Shown in pieces: positions 30,101 through 37,935 of a stretch of DNA of 64,000 nucleotides. The stretch lies in the IMG/VR virus record IMGVR_UViG_3300036772_000367, positions 32,001 through 96,000 of that record; one strand, given 5' to 3'. The stretch is from a virus. The stretch's first letter is position 1. Every line of letters starts with the position of its first letter. Under the pieces are notes generated by a model. It had not been told where the DNA came from, did no database searches, and saw only the letters and a program-made list of their open reading frames with translations. The position numbers were made by a program, and so were the translations under genes.

Positions 30101-30555
30101 TGAGCGAATTCCGCGAGGATCACCCCGAAGTGCCGACGCGCTATACCAACAACCCCTTCGACCCCTACTACGGCGACTCCAACGACACCGGCCAGGATTC
30201 CATTGGTGACACTGAGGATTCCCTCTCGCCCAACTCCGTCACGGCCGCTGGACACGCGACCACTCATGATGCGTCGGTGGCCGACATTGTCGCCCAGTTC
30301 CAGGCCACTGCCGCCGCAGGCCAGCTGATGACCTCAGGTGGTGCGCCCACTAACGACGGCATGAACATCGCCGCCGCCGCACAAGCACACCTGCGTAAGT
30401 CAGCGTTGAAGGACTTCAACTTCCATGAGCAGCAGGAGTTGATCAACGAGGGGGCGCGTGACCGAACACGGGCACGCAACATGGGAGACTTGCGCATCGA
30501 GGGAACGCACTACGAAATGCTTCCTGACGATGAAGACGCCAACTTGTTCGTCTGA
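24187..30555 (+). CDS. 2122-aa polyvalent protein: Zn ribbons, ParB/Srx, two ART-like modules, zincin peptidase, SWIM finger, Nudix
   Basis: PPLVLV...VADGHHR (about 25.0-25.15 kb); IYR...GDWVTTS...HEW (about 25.7-26.1 kb); HEGGHH (27028); CGC...CSH (about 27.7 kb); YLRFG...GVSVY...DGEPLL (about 28.7-29.1 kb); GGHIEPGD...REWEEEVG (about 29.3-29.4 kb). Confidence 0.85.
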   Translation: MVVWHPSDRLYATAEVAEGDRNPSGVKPLTSDLPEQQFEGDGGPPPCPYCGHPEFKELPSNGRADRAQCAQCGGMVYSVNGSQWQPELIGDPSNHPSSAADPASGGVGGAANSEVLMNQGPVRTHDDSQLRNSLSSLVKTADDDQCPRCSGDMTDTAPDRCLDCGYTQPTRVSDNPPQHSGQRVALLHTALSWDEIGDRHPHVYGDSEIHGDAADGADGPGIGSAANYLAHETPEDPDGEGHSEHELEFRARTVHPRHIDYSPSGSDDYRVKRAREGYQTQPEMMPPLVLVKRHNVYQVADGHHRAEAAASLNQPVRAYIADSPYPDTPFRDGEIGPFHHAEPIEAEHHTAAKPRPSKSFPNGKRHGIEITDGAYPDESGIVQCDNCGKYHSATYDHEGQHHEGPIHAVTCPQDGMTDYYTNERLEPREAALNDEVPWCAHLYHGNCTYPGDKLPNGTILGIPQDRGPCPWKHSAFQQAACPISAPGPMAVMTVTAESHTADGDYRMQHQAPDADYGAPLHDVEEMMPDFYTHPHYYNTGQEHFWDSANKIIKARGNPEKKVQIYRSLPADYAHEGFHTGDWVTTSKDYAREHGKATEDKGSEHDWPIISTRVPAKHLHTEGDVHEWAYNGPEKPFGHTVSFPGGREQQIRQRADGTVQRVKHRPVDPLNAQGYSFSHHMLNENSDNPAHQVTAYGPDENYAGHHRVDAQGTVESHVEPEHEHMADPLRERMANEVTKRMASLHVGIEEMQRIAIFDGEEQWHLTAVTAGAHDSDTEMKGFGLDPLHEDDDYATLHHKFSQHYRILDHVYASGNEAHPDDVDAADAIDRHHRDHDVPPITDSTYGDALPHQMASVAAQMMVNKRADHRRLDHPTVTMERIPAKDHASGDFKQGSVLGDYQHDISHIRLDPYVLANAEINREEHAPQSDARGWHVPAGNANPWQTTISHEGGHHREMSLTSQQRASMFRDISHTIPGVTPYTEKRATEHGLNKWHNANYAHLINHVGTYAAKNYRELAAELYSEHRHADNPSLAAQTAGRHLEGRFDDDNNEQRGFAGEFGEASSYGAQRRTGSGHREGHLTVGGVQAEGSLTFCTDTEEMQRVAALDKEGQWHLTASWADVKDKAKLIRAGGGVRIAVASMDGIGGEVQGEHHVYETLLTFVPGSYKVGSWQCGCKWAAYAWGRSPAYRRFEGRMCSHALAMQYEAQARGMFGRTVQEDRERPHWLKPHSPVVVQYERPSEKHPQGIDLTRRAVPPGNMRTTFGSKEAAMEPAQLIALAVLTMCDHDPVRAIPSLGLYGFDHRTAQLLIKQATEHEDAESLSVPPLRLEQLHPEPMRSTASKRCPECSASVSSSALTCPECGANLADVPELHEASWQDEEQRCPHCGGYLGPTAFKAGRCPHCGHALSHREGAYEPGLHNTQDARMNTEAPDWGTDHLVPCDQCRGQGCGHCGGTGNVVQMNGVTGSPVPDQSEGAGDVMRQDGLAWGDPISMGAVLAAHEDDPTYLRFGSWPKDERSRNNITGFPEEGVSVYDLDHRGEPKDPDANFGRLHEHHEHCDPDCDLDSWNEDYGNDTLEEMRGRVHRAERTRYNGNENHSDTGHLVKGEMAGIGHDGEPLLKNVRRVGDWIDHRHLFFPQAERHRLARDPYDEDYEEPKLNKRSAKKQESHAPSVAGVALKAADTGRVLMLQRGLEDKKDPAAGTWEFPGGHIEPGDKTSLHGAMREWEEEVGQPFPDGGVVHHVWTSPNGVYQGHVVVIPAERDLTMHDGRVMTNPDDPHGDHAEQAAWWQVEHARKNPALRPEVKQNTPWKQLANAGMQKEADYAANDALSGGGPEVHTPTDAPQHSNSTNPASTGYATSWDPNGWNGEEPFGGRDDVPMAGYSASLAPIIEPRYSYQPPQAVASVLGQWGQGQTPVVFERAARTLATLHDEPEPALPSTDGGDERMKPINHLHHGIPHNDQGTMPYGYDDLSEFREDHPEVPTRYTNNPFDPYYGDSNDTGQDSIGDTEDSLSPNSVTAAGHATTHDASVADIVAQFQATAAAGQLMTSGGAPTNDGMNIAAAAQAHLRKSALKDFNFHEQQELINEGARDRTRARNMGDLRIEGTHYEMLPDDEDANLFV
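26428..27534 (+). repeat. 57-bp imperfect direct repeats (26428-26484, 27478-27534) bracketing the peptidase module
   Basis: EEMQRIAIFDGEEQWHLTA vs EEMQRVAALDKEGQWHLTA; shared GAGGAAATGCAGCGG and ACAGTGGCATCT. Confidence 0.85.
27320..27460 (+). CDS. nested out-of-frame 46-aa ORF (peptidase partner candidate)
   Basis: GGAGGGG RBS at 27309; LQESLAKLVHMEPSAERDQAIAKV resembles the N-terminus of gene 13688. Confidence 0.5.
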   Translation: MTTITMNSADLQESLAKLVHMEPSAERDQAIAKVISQLEECRQKGL

Positions 30556-30566
30556 GAGGACCCTTC

Positions 30567-31859
30567 ATGCCGACAGTACCGAATCCGCCGACAGGGGCAA
30601 CCGCGACAGCGGGAAATACTCAGGCGACGGTGACTTATACGGCTCCGGCCAATAATGGCGGGGCTACCATCACTGGCTACACCGCGACGTCTACTCCCGG
30701 TAGCTTCACCGCTTCGGTCTCGGGGGCCACGGCCACGCCCATCACGGTGACTGGTCTGACCAACGGTCAGGCGTACACCTTCACCGTGCACGCCACGAAC
30801 TCCGTGGGTAACTCCACCGAGTCCACTGCGTCCAACGCGGTCACCCCGGCCACAGTGCCCAGCGCTCCGCAGACTCCTTCGGCAACAGCAGCCAATCAAC
30901 GAGCCACGGTCTCCTTCACCGCGCCTGCCTCTACTGGAGGCGCCAGCATCACCGGCTATACGGTGACCGCGACCGACACCACAACGTCGGGCAACGGTGG
31001 CCAGACCGCTACCGGTACCACCAGTCCCATCCTGGTCACCGGTTTGACCAACGGGGACAACTACACCTTCACCGTGCACGCCACGAACGTGGCGGGTAAC
31101 TCGGTGGAATCCTCGGCCACCTCGGCGGTCAGTCCGCATACGACAGTGCCTGACCCACCCACCAACGTCACAGGTGGCTCGGGAATCGAGCAGGTGGCCG
31201 TGTCGTTCTCGTCGCCCGCGAACAATGGCGGGCACGCCATTACCAGCTATACCGTCACGGCCACCGATACCATCATCTCGGGCAACGGTGGACAGATCGC
31301 CTCCGGAGCTTCCAGCCCCATCACCGTAATCGGTCTGACGCCCGGGGACGCGTACACCTTCACCGTCCATGCCACCAACGTGACGGGTAATTCGGTGGAG
31401 TCGACTGCATCGGCCGTGAGTGTCCCCCAAGGACCGTCCAGCCCACAGGTCGCTCCCCCACCGTTCACGAATGGAACGTCCTATACAGTCACTAAGCCGA
31501 TCAACATCACGCAGCTCACCGATGAGATGACGACGGCCGCTGGTCAGGCTGTGCTGTTGTCTCCCCAGGTTTCAGCAACGTCGCCACAGCAACCTGGTGG
31601 GCCGGTGTTGAACTTCAGTATGAGTGATCCTGGCACGCTATGGGTGTCCCCTTCCACTATCTCCTCTACTGTTGTGAACAACACCATTGCGGCGCATGTG
31701 GCCAATCCTAACTATGGTTTGCCTGCTTCGGTGCAGGCATATAATGTCGTTCTGGCGCAGGTGCAGAGTAATTATGCTCTTGATCTGACTTCTAGCCAGA
31801 TGCAAACGGCGCTCAAGGGGCTGTTGCTGAATGTAGCGGCTCTGGTGACCCCTCACTAA
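30567..31859 (+). CDS. fibronectin type III repeat virion protein
   Basis: Three repeats of P..P....ATA.....V.F.AP..NGG..IT.YTVT...GLTNG..YTFTVHATN..G.S.ES. Confidence 0.9.
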   Translation: MPTVPNPPTGATATAGNTQATVTYTAPANNGGATITGYTATSTPGSFTASVSGATATPITVTGLTNGQAYTFTVHATNSVGNSTESTASNAVTPATVPSAPQTPSATAANQRATVSFTAPASTGGASITGYTVTATDTTTSGNGGQTATGTTSPILVTGLTNGDNYTFTVHATNVAGNSVESSATSAVSPHTTVPDPPTNVTGGSGIEQVAVSFSSPANNGGHAITSYTVTATDTIISGNGGQIASGASSPITVIGLTPGDAYTFTVHATNVTGNSVESTASAVSVPQGPSSPQVAPPPFTNGTSYTVTKPINITQLTDEMTTAAGQAVLLSPQVSATSPQQPGGPVLNFSMSDPGTLWVSPSTISSTVVNNTIAAHVANPNYGLPASVQAYNVVLAQVQSNYALDLTSSQMQTALKGLLLNVAALVTPH

Positions 31860-31881
31860 AAAGTCACGCACGTAGGAATGC

Positions 31882-31916
31882 CTGTCTTTGCTCCGGAGGC
31901 TCCTATCAAGAGATGA
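31882..31916 (+). promoter_or_regulatory. putative late promoter motif
   Basis: CTGTC-N20-CAAGAGATGA. Confidence 0.65.
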
Positions 31917-31982
31917 CGAGATATAATCTCGATTACTTGATGGGAGCCTCCGTCATGCCTGCAAATATTATCGAGGGGTAGT

Positions 31983-32384
31983 ATGGCGGCTACCAGGCGA
32001 CTAAATACGCGTGCCATCGCAAGTTGGATACTCTGGGCACTCCAATTCATATTTGCTGTGTTGCATATATTTCCGTCGCTGGCATACCGCGCTGGATTGA
32101 AAGGGGCGACAACCCAAGTGGTCGCCTACATTAATGAACTCGGGCCGATCTGGGTTATTGCCTTTGGATTCAGTGCAGGCGGTCTCTTTCTGTCGTTGCT
32201 ACTTCAACGAGGGAGGCATCTCTGGCACCTGGTGGCCGGTGCGGTGTTCATGGGCTATACCACGGCGTTGTTTGTGGGAGCGCTAGGAGAGTCACCACAT
32301 GGCCCTGTCACGTACCCCGTGTTGGCAGTCCTACCGATCGTTGGGAACTTTTTACTGGCGCTGTCGTACGGTGGTGACAGATGA
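31983..32384 (+). CDS. 4-TM membrane protein (holin-like candidate)
   Basis: Four hydrophobic segments. Confidence 0.6.
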   Translation: MAATRRLNTRAIASWILWALQFIFAVLHIFPSLAYRAGLKGATTQVVAYINELGPIWVIAFGFSAGGLFLSLLLQRGRHLWHLVAGAVFMGYTTALFVGALGESPHGPVTYPVLAVLPIVGNFLLALSYGGDR

Positions 32385-32767
32385 ATCTTGGACAACTCGG
32401 CGAGCTAGCTTCACTACTGACGACTTTCATCTTTGCCATCGGTGGTCTCTTTACGATTCGGCAGCGTCGTCGTTCACGAGAAGTTACCGAACTGCGTGGA
32501 CTACGAGATTTCAATGTCGCCGCGATGGGGTATATTTATTCGCTGGAGATGGCCATACAGGAAATTCAGCACAAGTATCCCATACGTGTCAAAGTGGAAA
32601 AGCCAGATATTCTCACTCAGAGTTATGTCGAGAAGCGGGCCGAGTCCACTCAGAACACGGAGCTTCAGCAGATGAAGGACATTATGGCGTTACTGCAAAT
32701 GAGTGCCCCCAAACCAGTGATCAGTGGTGAAAATGAATCAATCACCCAACAAACCCCCCACCCCTAA
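32381..32767 (+). CDS. single-TM membrane protein
   Basis: N-terminal TM then RQRRRSR. Confidence 0.6.
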   Translation: MNLGQLGELASLLTTFIFAIGGLFTIRQRRRSREVTELRGLRDFNVAAMGYIYSLEMAIQEIQHKYPIRVKVEKPDILTQSYVEKRAESTQNTELQQMKDIMALLQMSAPKPVISGENESITQQTPHP

Positions 32768-33725
32768 TCGTCATCGTTCATGGAACTGGGTATTTATTGT
32801 TCTCATCGTACTGGTTGCTCTGGGTGTTGTTGCTGCTCCCTACCTCCTAGGACGGCAAGCCCAGCAAGCTAGTGCGGCCGAGCAACAGGCCAATAATCAG
32901 TTGGGCCCTGCGCAAACACAGGCTTCGCTAGGTCAGAATCTCGCCAATAAGATCAGCGTGGCGTGTACGAACAAGGCACTTCTGGCACAGCTCCAAGCGC
33001 TTGGAGCGTGCCAGACGGCCAATCAGATACATGCGGTCCCGGGTCCGACGGGGCCTCCTGGTCAGAATGGCCAACCGGGACAGCCAGGGGCTGCCGGTTC
33101 AACAGGCCGAGGGATCACGAACACCTTCATCTCTGATAGCCATCTATTCGTGGTGTACACCGATGGCACCACGAAGGACCTCGGTCAGGTGGTGGGCGCT
33201 CAGGGTCCTGCCGGTCAGCAGGGCATCAGCATCGTCAACACCGCACTCGGTGGTACATCAGGCACGCACCTGATCATCACCTATAGCGACAATAACTCTG
33301 TCGACGTGGGCAACGTCGTGGGTTCCCAGGGTGCCCCAGGAACTCCTGGGGCGGTAGGGCCTTCCGGCCCGACTGGAATCCCTGGTGCGTCCGGCACGAA
33401 CGGCGCAGCGGGCAACAGTGTCAGTTCCGTGACGATCAACGCTCAGAGTCATCTCATCGTGGCTTTTACGGATGGCAGTACTCAGGATGCCGGCTTGGTG
33501 CCCGCAGGACCACAGGGGCCTCCTGGAGTCCAGGGAGCCCAAGGTGTCGGTGTGCAGTCCATCGTCTTGGATACAGGAGGATCCACCGGCTGCGAGTTCA
33601 CCTTTACCTTGGTGAACCCCGCGAACGGAAGCCTGAGTACTCAACATGTTGCCATAAACAACGTGCTGGTATGCGTGGGCGCCGGAGCGCCCACGACAAC
33701 CTCGCCACCACCGACGACGGGATAG
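32733..33725 (+). CDS. membrane-anchored collagen-like protein
   Basis: N-terminal TM; several Gly-X-Y runs; three repeated HL.V.YTDG...D.G modules. Confidence 0.75.
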   Translation: MNQSPNKPPTPNRHRSWNWVFIVLIVLVALGVVAAPYLLGRQAQQASAAEQQANNQLGPAQTQASLGQNLANKISVACTNKALLAQLQALGACQTANQIHAVPGPTGPPGQNGQPGQPGAAGSTGRGITNTFISDSHLFVVYTDGTTKDLGQVVGAQGPAGQQGISIVNTALGGTSGTHLIITYSDNNSVDVGNVVGSQGAPGTPGAVGPSGPTGIPGASGTNGAAGNSVSSVTINAQSHLIVAFTDGSTQDAGLVPAGPQGPPGVQGAQGVGVQSIVLDTGGSTGCEFTFTLVNPANGSLSTQHVAINNVLVCVGAGAPTTTSPPPTTG

Positions 33726-33728
33726 CTA

Positions 33729-33926
33729 TTGGCTCGACAACGAATCTTGCTGCGCTACGTCGATGATGACCATTGCGATCTCCTCCGCAATGGACGGCAA
33801 TTGCTTGCCGATATTACATGGCAGACCGCGAAACAATGGTTGCGTAAGAATGTGACTCCGCAGGACAACATTCTTCGAGAAGAAAGTGACGGCTATCGCG
33901 TGCCGGTGAAACTGTCAAGATTGTAA
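33729..33926 (+). CDS. hypothetical protein
   Basis: 65 aa filling the gap between genes. Confidence 0.55.
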   Translation: MARQRILLRYVDDDHCDLLRNGRQLLADITWQTAKQWLRKNVTPQDNILREESDGYRVPVKLSRL

Positions 33927-33946
33927 TGAGCACGCGCAAGAGATGA
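33912..33946 (+). promoter_or_regulatory. putative late promoter motif
   Basis: CTGTC-N20-CAAGAGATGA upstream of the protease gene. Confidence 0.65.
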
Positions 33947-33970
33947 AGTCGAACGATTCCGAGGTGGGCT

Positions 33971-36463
33971 GTGCTGCGGAAGACCGCTGTCTTTGATGTC
34001 CTGGATGTCATCCAGGCGCATGATATTGCGCGACAGACTCCTCTAGGGCCGATCAGTCGCATCGGTCATCGACATGTCTTTGATTTCGAGCCTCGGTATG
34101 GCTACCTCTATGTTCGTAGCCGGATGATTTCCTCGCGGTGCAATGATAACTTCGATGAGTTCCCCGCCGAGGAAATCAAGAAAGCCTACGCCACGTTCGT
34201 CGGCAAGCCAGTCTTCGTCAACCACAATAACGATGATCACCGTCGGATGCGTGGTCTGATCATCGATGCCGTGCTGCACGAAGATCGTAACCCAGATGGC
34301 TCCCCAGACACCTGGGTCGAGGGCCTGATGGAGATCGATGGCCTGCGGTATCCCAAGTTGGCCAAAGCACTCATCAAACGGCACATCGAGCGCACCTCCA
34401 TGGGTGTGGACGTTGAGTACTCCATCTGTTCGAAGTGTGGCAACAAGGCCACCACACCACTGGAGTACTGCCGCCACGTGCCGGGCATGAAGGGCAAGCG
34501 CATCTACTCCTTCACCAAGTCTGGTGCCAGGGTCAGCGAACTGATCCGGGAGAAGTGCTACGGGCTGGGGTTCTTCGAGAACTCCCTGTTGGTCGAGCCA
34601 CCAGCAGATCCAACTGCCCTCTTTTTGGACAAGCCCATCCTCGGTCCTGGACTGGAGCACCTGGCCATGACGGCATCGGACCGTTACCTTCAGCGTATTG
34701 CCTCCGTCGCGGCATCCTTTCGTCTGGTAGCTGGGATGCGCTGCGTGGCATGTCGGGGTCTGAACACCGTGGCCGACCTAGAGGGGCACCACGAGTGCTT
34801 CGACTGTTCGGCGGCTTGGAACTCGCGTACCGCTTCTCTGGAAGTGGAAGCGGCTCCGCGTTACGCCGATCCTGCCCAACATCCTTGGTTCCAGCAGCAC
34901 CCGCTGAATCACCAGAACATCGTGGATCATTGGCATCAGGCCACTCCCGACGAGCGTACCCAAGGAATGCATTGGTATTCTGATGCGCATATTATCGGGC
35001 AGGCTCTCGGTGAGCACCATGAAAAATCGCATGGTCTTGTGCACCCGCAGGGTGCATCACATCTTGGTGCGGGCATTCTTGCGACCTACTCGCCTCAGAT
35101 GGGTTGGGCAGGCAATATGCACAATGCCGCCCGAGTGTTGCACGGCAACAAGGGCATCGGTGGACCTAATTCCGGCATGATGGCCAGTACCCATCAACGC
35201 GTCGCAGCCGACCGCATTCTCAACGGTGAGAACTACATGGATGTGCTCAAGGGTCCGAAGATCCAGGACTTCGCGCACCTGATCGAGCATGGTGGGGACG
35301 CTGATCCTGATCATCCTCATGTCGTGGTAGATCGTCATGCACTCTCGGTTGCCGCTGGTCATCGGCTCACTGATGAGCAATACGGTAAGGCTCCTACTTC
35401 GCAGCGGCACTACTACGGCCATGCCGTGCAGCAGTACCATCACGCTGCCCGTGAACTGTCCAACGAGGAGTCCAGCCCCGTCGCTGGGCATCAGGTGCAG
35501 GCCACTACCTGGCTGGTCCGTCAGCGCCTCAATCAGGCCGAAGAAAAGGCTCATGCCCAAACAGGAGCCGACACACGATTGGACCGAGGACGCGATCGTG
35601 CTCGGGGCAATGCGGAAAAGAAGTGGGAGGACTGGCGCACGGAGAACCTGCCTGATCTCCAACACAAGGGACCAGGCACCGGCTATGTCGCGCGACGGCG
35701 CAGTGTGGCCTATGGCGAGACGAAGGCCCCGGCCGACGTAGACACCCTACGCGAGGAAGCTTGTCCGGTTTGCGGTGAGGAGAACGCCTACGACGGCACC
35801 GAGTGCAAGGTCTGCGGTTTTGTCGCGCCACCCAAGGAATTCCAGGATCCTGACCTGGAGATGGCCAAGCGCGTCGACCTGCGCAAGGACGTGTCCGATT
35901 TGAATGGTGCCGACGTCTCCGATCTCAACGAGGATCTCAACGACGTTGACAAGGACGGACTTGACGACGAAACCGGGGAACCGGTCGACGGTACTGGCCC
36001 TGGCGACGTGCAGCCGACGTTGGTGTGCAACAACTGCGGCACCGAGTTCGAGGCAGGCGAGCCCATCACGACCGACACACGTGATCCGCAGGCTGGTGAC
36101 GCGGGACTCGGCCCCGACGAAGGTGACGTCTGCCCGGCCTGTGGCAAGGGCATCTTGGAAGCTCCCAACGATCTGGACGTCTCTCCACAGGACGACCAGA
36201 ATCGCTCCGAGCCCGAGGACCCTGACCCGTCTGCTCAGCAAACACCTCCTTTCTCGCGCGATCGCGGCGAAGAAGATGAGGATGAGAACGAGCAGAATGG
36301 GCAACCAGACAACGACGAGGACCCCGACGCCCAGGAACGCAACTTCGTGCCGACTGACGAGGATGGGGATCCTGATGATGATGGCGACAATGACGAAGAC
36401 GCCATTCCTCCGCGTAAGCGCAAAGGCACGCCTGCTCGCCAGGACCGGAACCCCTTCAAGTGA
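33971..36463 (+). CDS. prohead (capsid maturation) protease fused to an internal cargo domain and an acidic Zn-ribbon tail
   Basis: FVGKPVFVNH...TSMG...FENSLLVEPPAD (HK97/assemblin-type His, Ser, Glu); lies upstream of scaffold and MCP. Confidence 0.85.
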   Translation: MLRKTAVFDVLDVIQAHDIARQTPLGPISRIGHRHVFDFEPRYGYLYVRSRMISSRCNDNFDEFPAEEIKKAYATFVGKPVFVNHNNDDHRRMRGLIIDAVLHEDRNPDGSPDTWVEGLMEIDGLRYPKLAKALIKRHIERTSMGVDVEYSICSKCGNKATTPLEYCRHVPGMKGKRIYSFTKSGARVSELIREKCYGLGFFENSLLVEPPADPTALFLDKPILGPGLEHLAMTASDRYLQRIASVAASFRLVAGMRCVACRGLNTVADLEGHHECFDCSAAWNSRTASLEVEAAPRYADPAQHPWFQQHPLNHQNIVDHWHQATPDERTQGMHWYSDAHIIGQALGEHHEKSHGLVHPQGASHLGAGILATYSPQMGWAGNMHNAARVLHGNKGIGGPNSGMMASTHQRVAADRILNGENYMDVLKGPKIQDFAHLIEHGGDADPDHPHVVVDRHALSVAAGHRLTDEQYGKAPTSQRHYYGHAVQQYHHAARELSNEESSPVAGHQVQATTWLVRQRLNQAEEKAHAQTGADTRLDRGRDRARGNAEKKWEDWRTENLPDLQHKGPGTGYVARRRSVAYGETKAPADVDTLREEACPVCGEENAYDGTECKVCGFVAPPKEFQDPDLEMAKRVDLRKDVSDLNGADVSDLNEDLNDVDKDGLDDETGEPVDGTGPGDVQPTLVCNNCGTEFEAGEPITTDTRDPQAGDAGLGPDEGDVCPACGKGILEAPNDLDVSPQDDQNRSEPEDPDPSAQQTPPFSRDRGEEDEDENEQNGQPDNDEDPDAQERNFVPTDEDGDPDDDGDNDEDAIPPRKRKGTPARQDRNPFK

Positions 36464-36467
36464 TAGA
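36432..36467 (+). promoter_or_regulatory. putative late promoter motif
   Basis: CTGCT-N20-CAAGTGATAGA upstream of the scaffold gene. Confidence 0.5.
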
Positions 36468-36502
36468 GATCCATCCATTCATGGTGAAGGAGTAGATTAG
36501 CC

Positions 36503-37366
36503 ATGCGTCCAGCCCTGGCTGCTCTCGCCGAGCAGCAACAGCTCATCGAAAATCTTCGCCGTCAGGCTCACATCCTGAACAAGGCGTCGGTCAAGCAGGA
36601 AGGCCAGATCACCAGTCTGGCTCGCGGCCTGCAAACACTGGCCGCGCTGGCAGGAGTAGATCGGCACGTGGCGGCTGCCATGCTCGGCCGCAAGGTGGCG
36701 GACATCCAGAACCCAGCCCAGCCGGTTCCCGAGCCTCCGGCTCAGCCTTCGCCGCAGGGCACGGAGGACGCCAAGACGCCCGAGGCGTTCGCTGATGTGA
36801 CCGCTCCTGGTCTGGCCCCTGGCACCACAAACGACGTCGCGGCCGATGCCACCACCACGGCCTACACGCCTGGCATGGATATCGGTGCCCCGGCGTTCAA
36901 GAACCTCATCGATGTCACCGCACCGGTCGAGGGCACTCAGAATCCTCGTCCGTTGGAGGAGACCAAGACCCTCACCGACGTGCGCGTGGGCAATCCGATG
37001 AACCCTCAGGTGGCTTTCCCGCTGCGGGGCGACTTCGCCAATGCTCAGCGCACGAGTTCGGCGCGAACCTACGCCTGTTTGCGTCTGGCCCGGTTGCAGA
37101 TCGCAGCTGGATTGGTCGAGGGCCAGACCGACATCGAGATCGCGACCGGACTGGAGAAGAACGCGGAGTTGTCCCTGAACTCCATCGAGGCCGAGATCGG
37201 TACGTTGGAGCGCGTTCGTACCGCAGCTCGTCGTCAAGGATCTGCCGCTTCGCGCCGGTTGGTTCCCCGTACCGCTGCCCAGCGGTCCGCACCTTCCCTT
37301 CAGGCCGTGGCTTCCCATCAGGTAGCTGCATCGGTGGGTGACAGCGACGAGGATCTGTTCCTGTGA
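36503..37366 (+). CDS. putative scaffolding protein
   Basis: Between protease and capsid genes; coiled-coil and Pro-rich; ends DEDLFL. Confidence 0.6.
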   Translation: MRPALAALAEQQQLIENLRRQAHILNKASVKQEGQITSLARGLQTLAALAGVDRHVAAAMLGRKVADIQNPAQPVPEPPAQPSPQGTEDAKTPEAFADVTAPGLAPGTTNDVAADATTTAYTPGMDIGAPAFKNLIDVTAPVEGTQNPRPLEETKTLTDVRVGNPMNPQVAFPLRGDFANAQRTSSARTYACLRLARLQIAAGLVEGQTDIEIATGLEKNAELSLNSIEAEIGTLERVRTAARRQGSAASRRLVPRTAAQRSAPSLQAVASHQVAASVGDSDEDLFL

Positions 37367-37390
37367 CCTGGTCGTCTGATCGGGGGCGAT

Positions 37391-37759
37391 ATGTACGTCA
37401 GTCGTAAAGAGTTTCACTCCGCTCTCGCCGCTGTGTGGGAACAATTGGAACAGTTCGAAAGCGCCCTGAAACAACAACTGGAGAAGGAAATGACCGACTT
37501 CACTACTGCACTGTCCGACCTGGATTCGGCTCTGTCTTCTCTGGAGGGTGATGTCACGAACCTCCAGCAGCAGATCGCGGCCGGCAACCAGGCGGCTACT
37601 GCCGCTGCCGCTACCCAACTGGAGCAGCGAGTCGCCGGTATCCGTACGTTCCTGGCTGGTCCGCCGGCAACGCCGACCCCGACTCCGACAATCGGAGGCA
37701 CCACGACCACCGCTGCGTCGGACACGGGTACGACAACGACAACTCCGGCTTCCTCCTGA
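37391..37759 (+). CDS. small coiled-coil protein (alternative start 37490)
   Basis: Heptad pattern; Thr-rich tail. Confidence 0.6.
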   Translation: MYVSRKEFHSALAAVWEQLEQFESALKQQLEKEMTDFTTALSDLDSALSSLEGDVTNLQQQIAAGNQAATAAAATQLEQRVAGIRTFLAGPPATPTPTPTIGGTTTTAASDTGTTTTTPASS

Positions 37760-37778
37760 TCTATCACTAGCAATCCTC

Positions 37779-37816
37779 AACGGACCTCGGGCCTTGTGCT
37801 CGGGGTCCGTTGCTTT
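37779..37816 (+). terminator. stem-loop terminator
   Basis: AACGGACCTCGGGC-cttgt-GCTCGGGGTCCGTT then T-rich sequence. Confidence 0.7.
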
Positions 37817-37842
37817 GTTCTGTTCTTCTGGTGACAGTAATC

Positions 37843-37879
37843 CTGTCCAGGAATAGCGTTCTCCGTCACTAAGGGCTGT
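37843..37879 (+). promoter_or_regulatory. putative late promoter motif
   Basis: CTGTC-N22-TAAGGGCTGT upstream of the capsid genes. Confidence 0.55.
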
Positions 37880-37935
37880 AGAGAGGGAATCAGTCATGAC
37901 CCTCCGGTAAGGAACCCAACAACACGGAGGACTCC

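Noticed and set aside
30567-31430. Repeated DNA suggesting an array
   Set aside because: Explained by three FN3 coding repeats; no CRISPR-like repeat-spacer structure was seen anywhere in the window.
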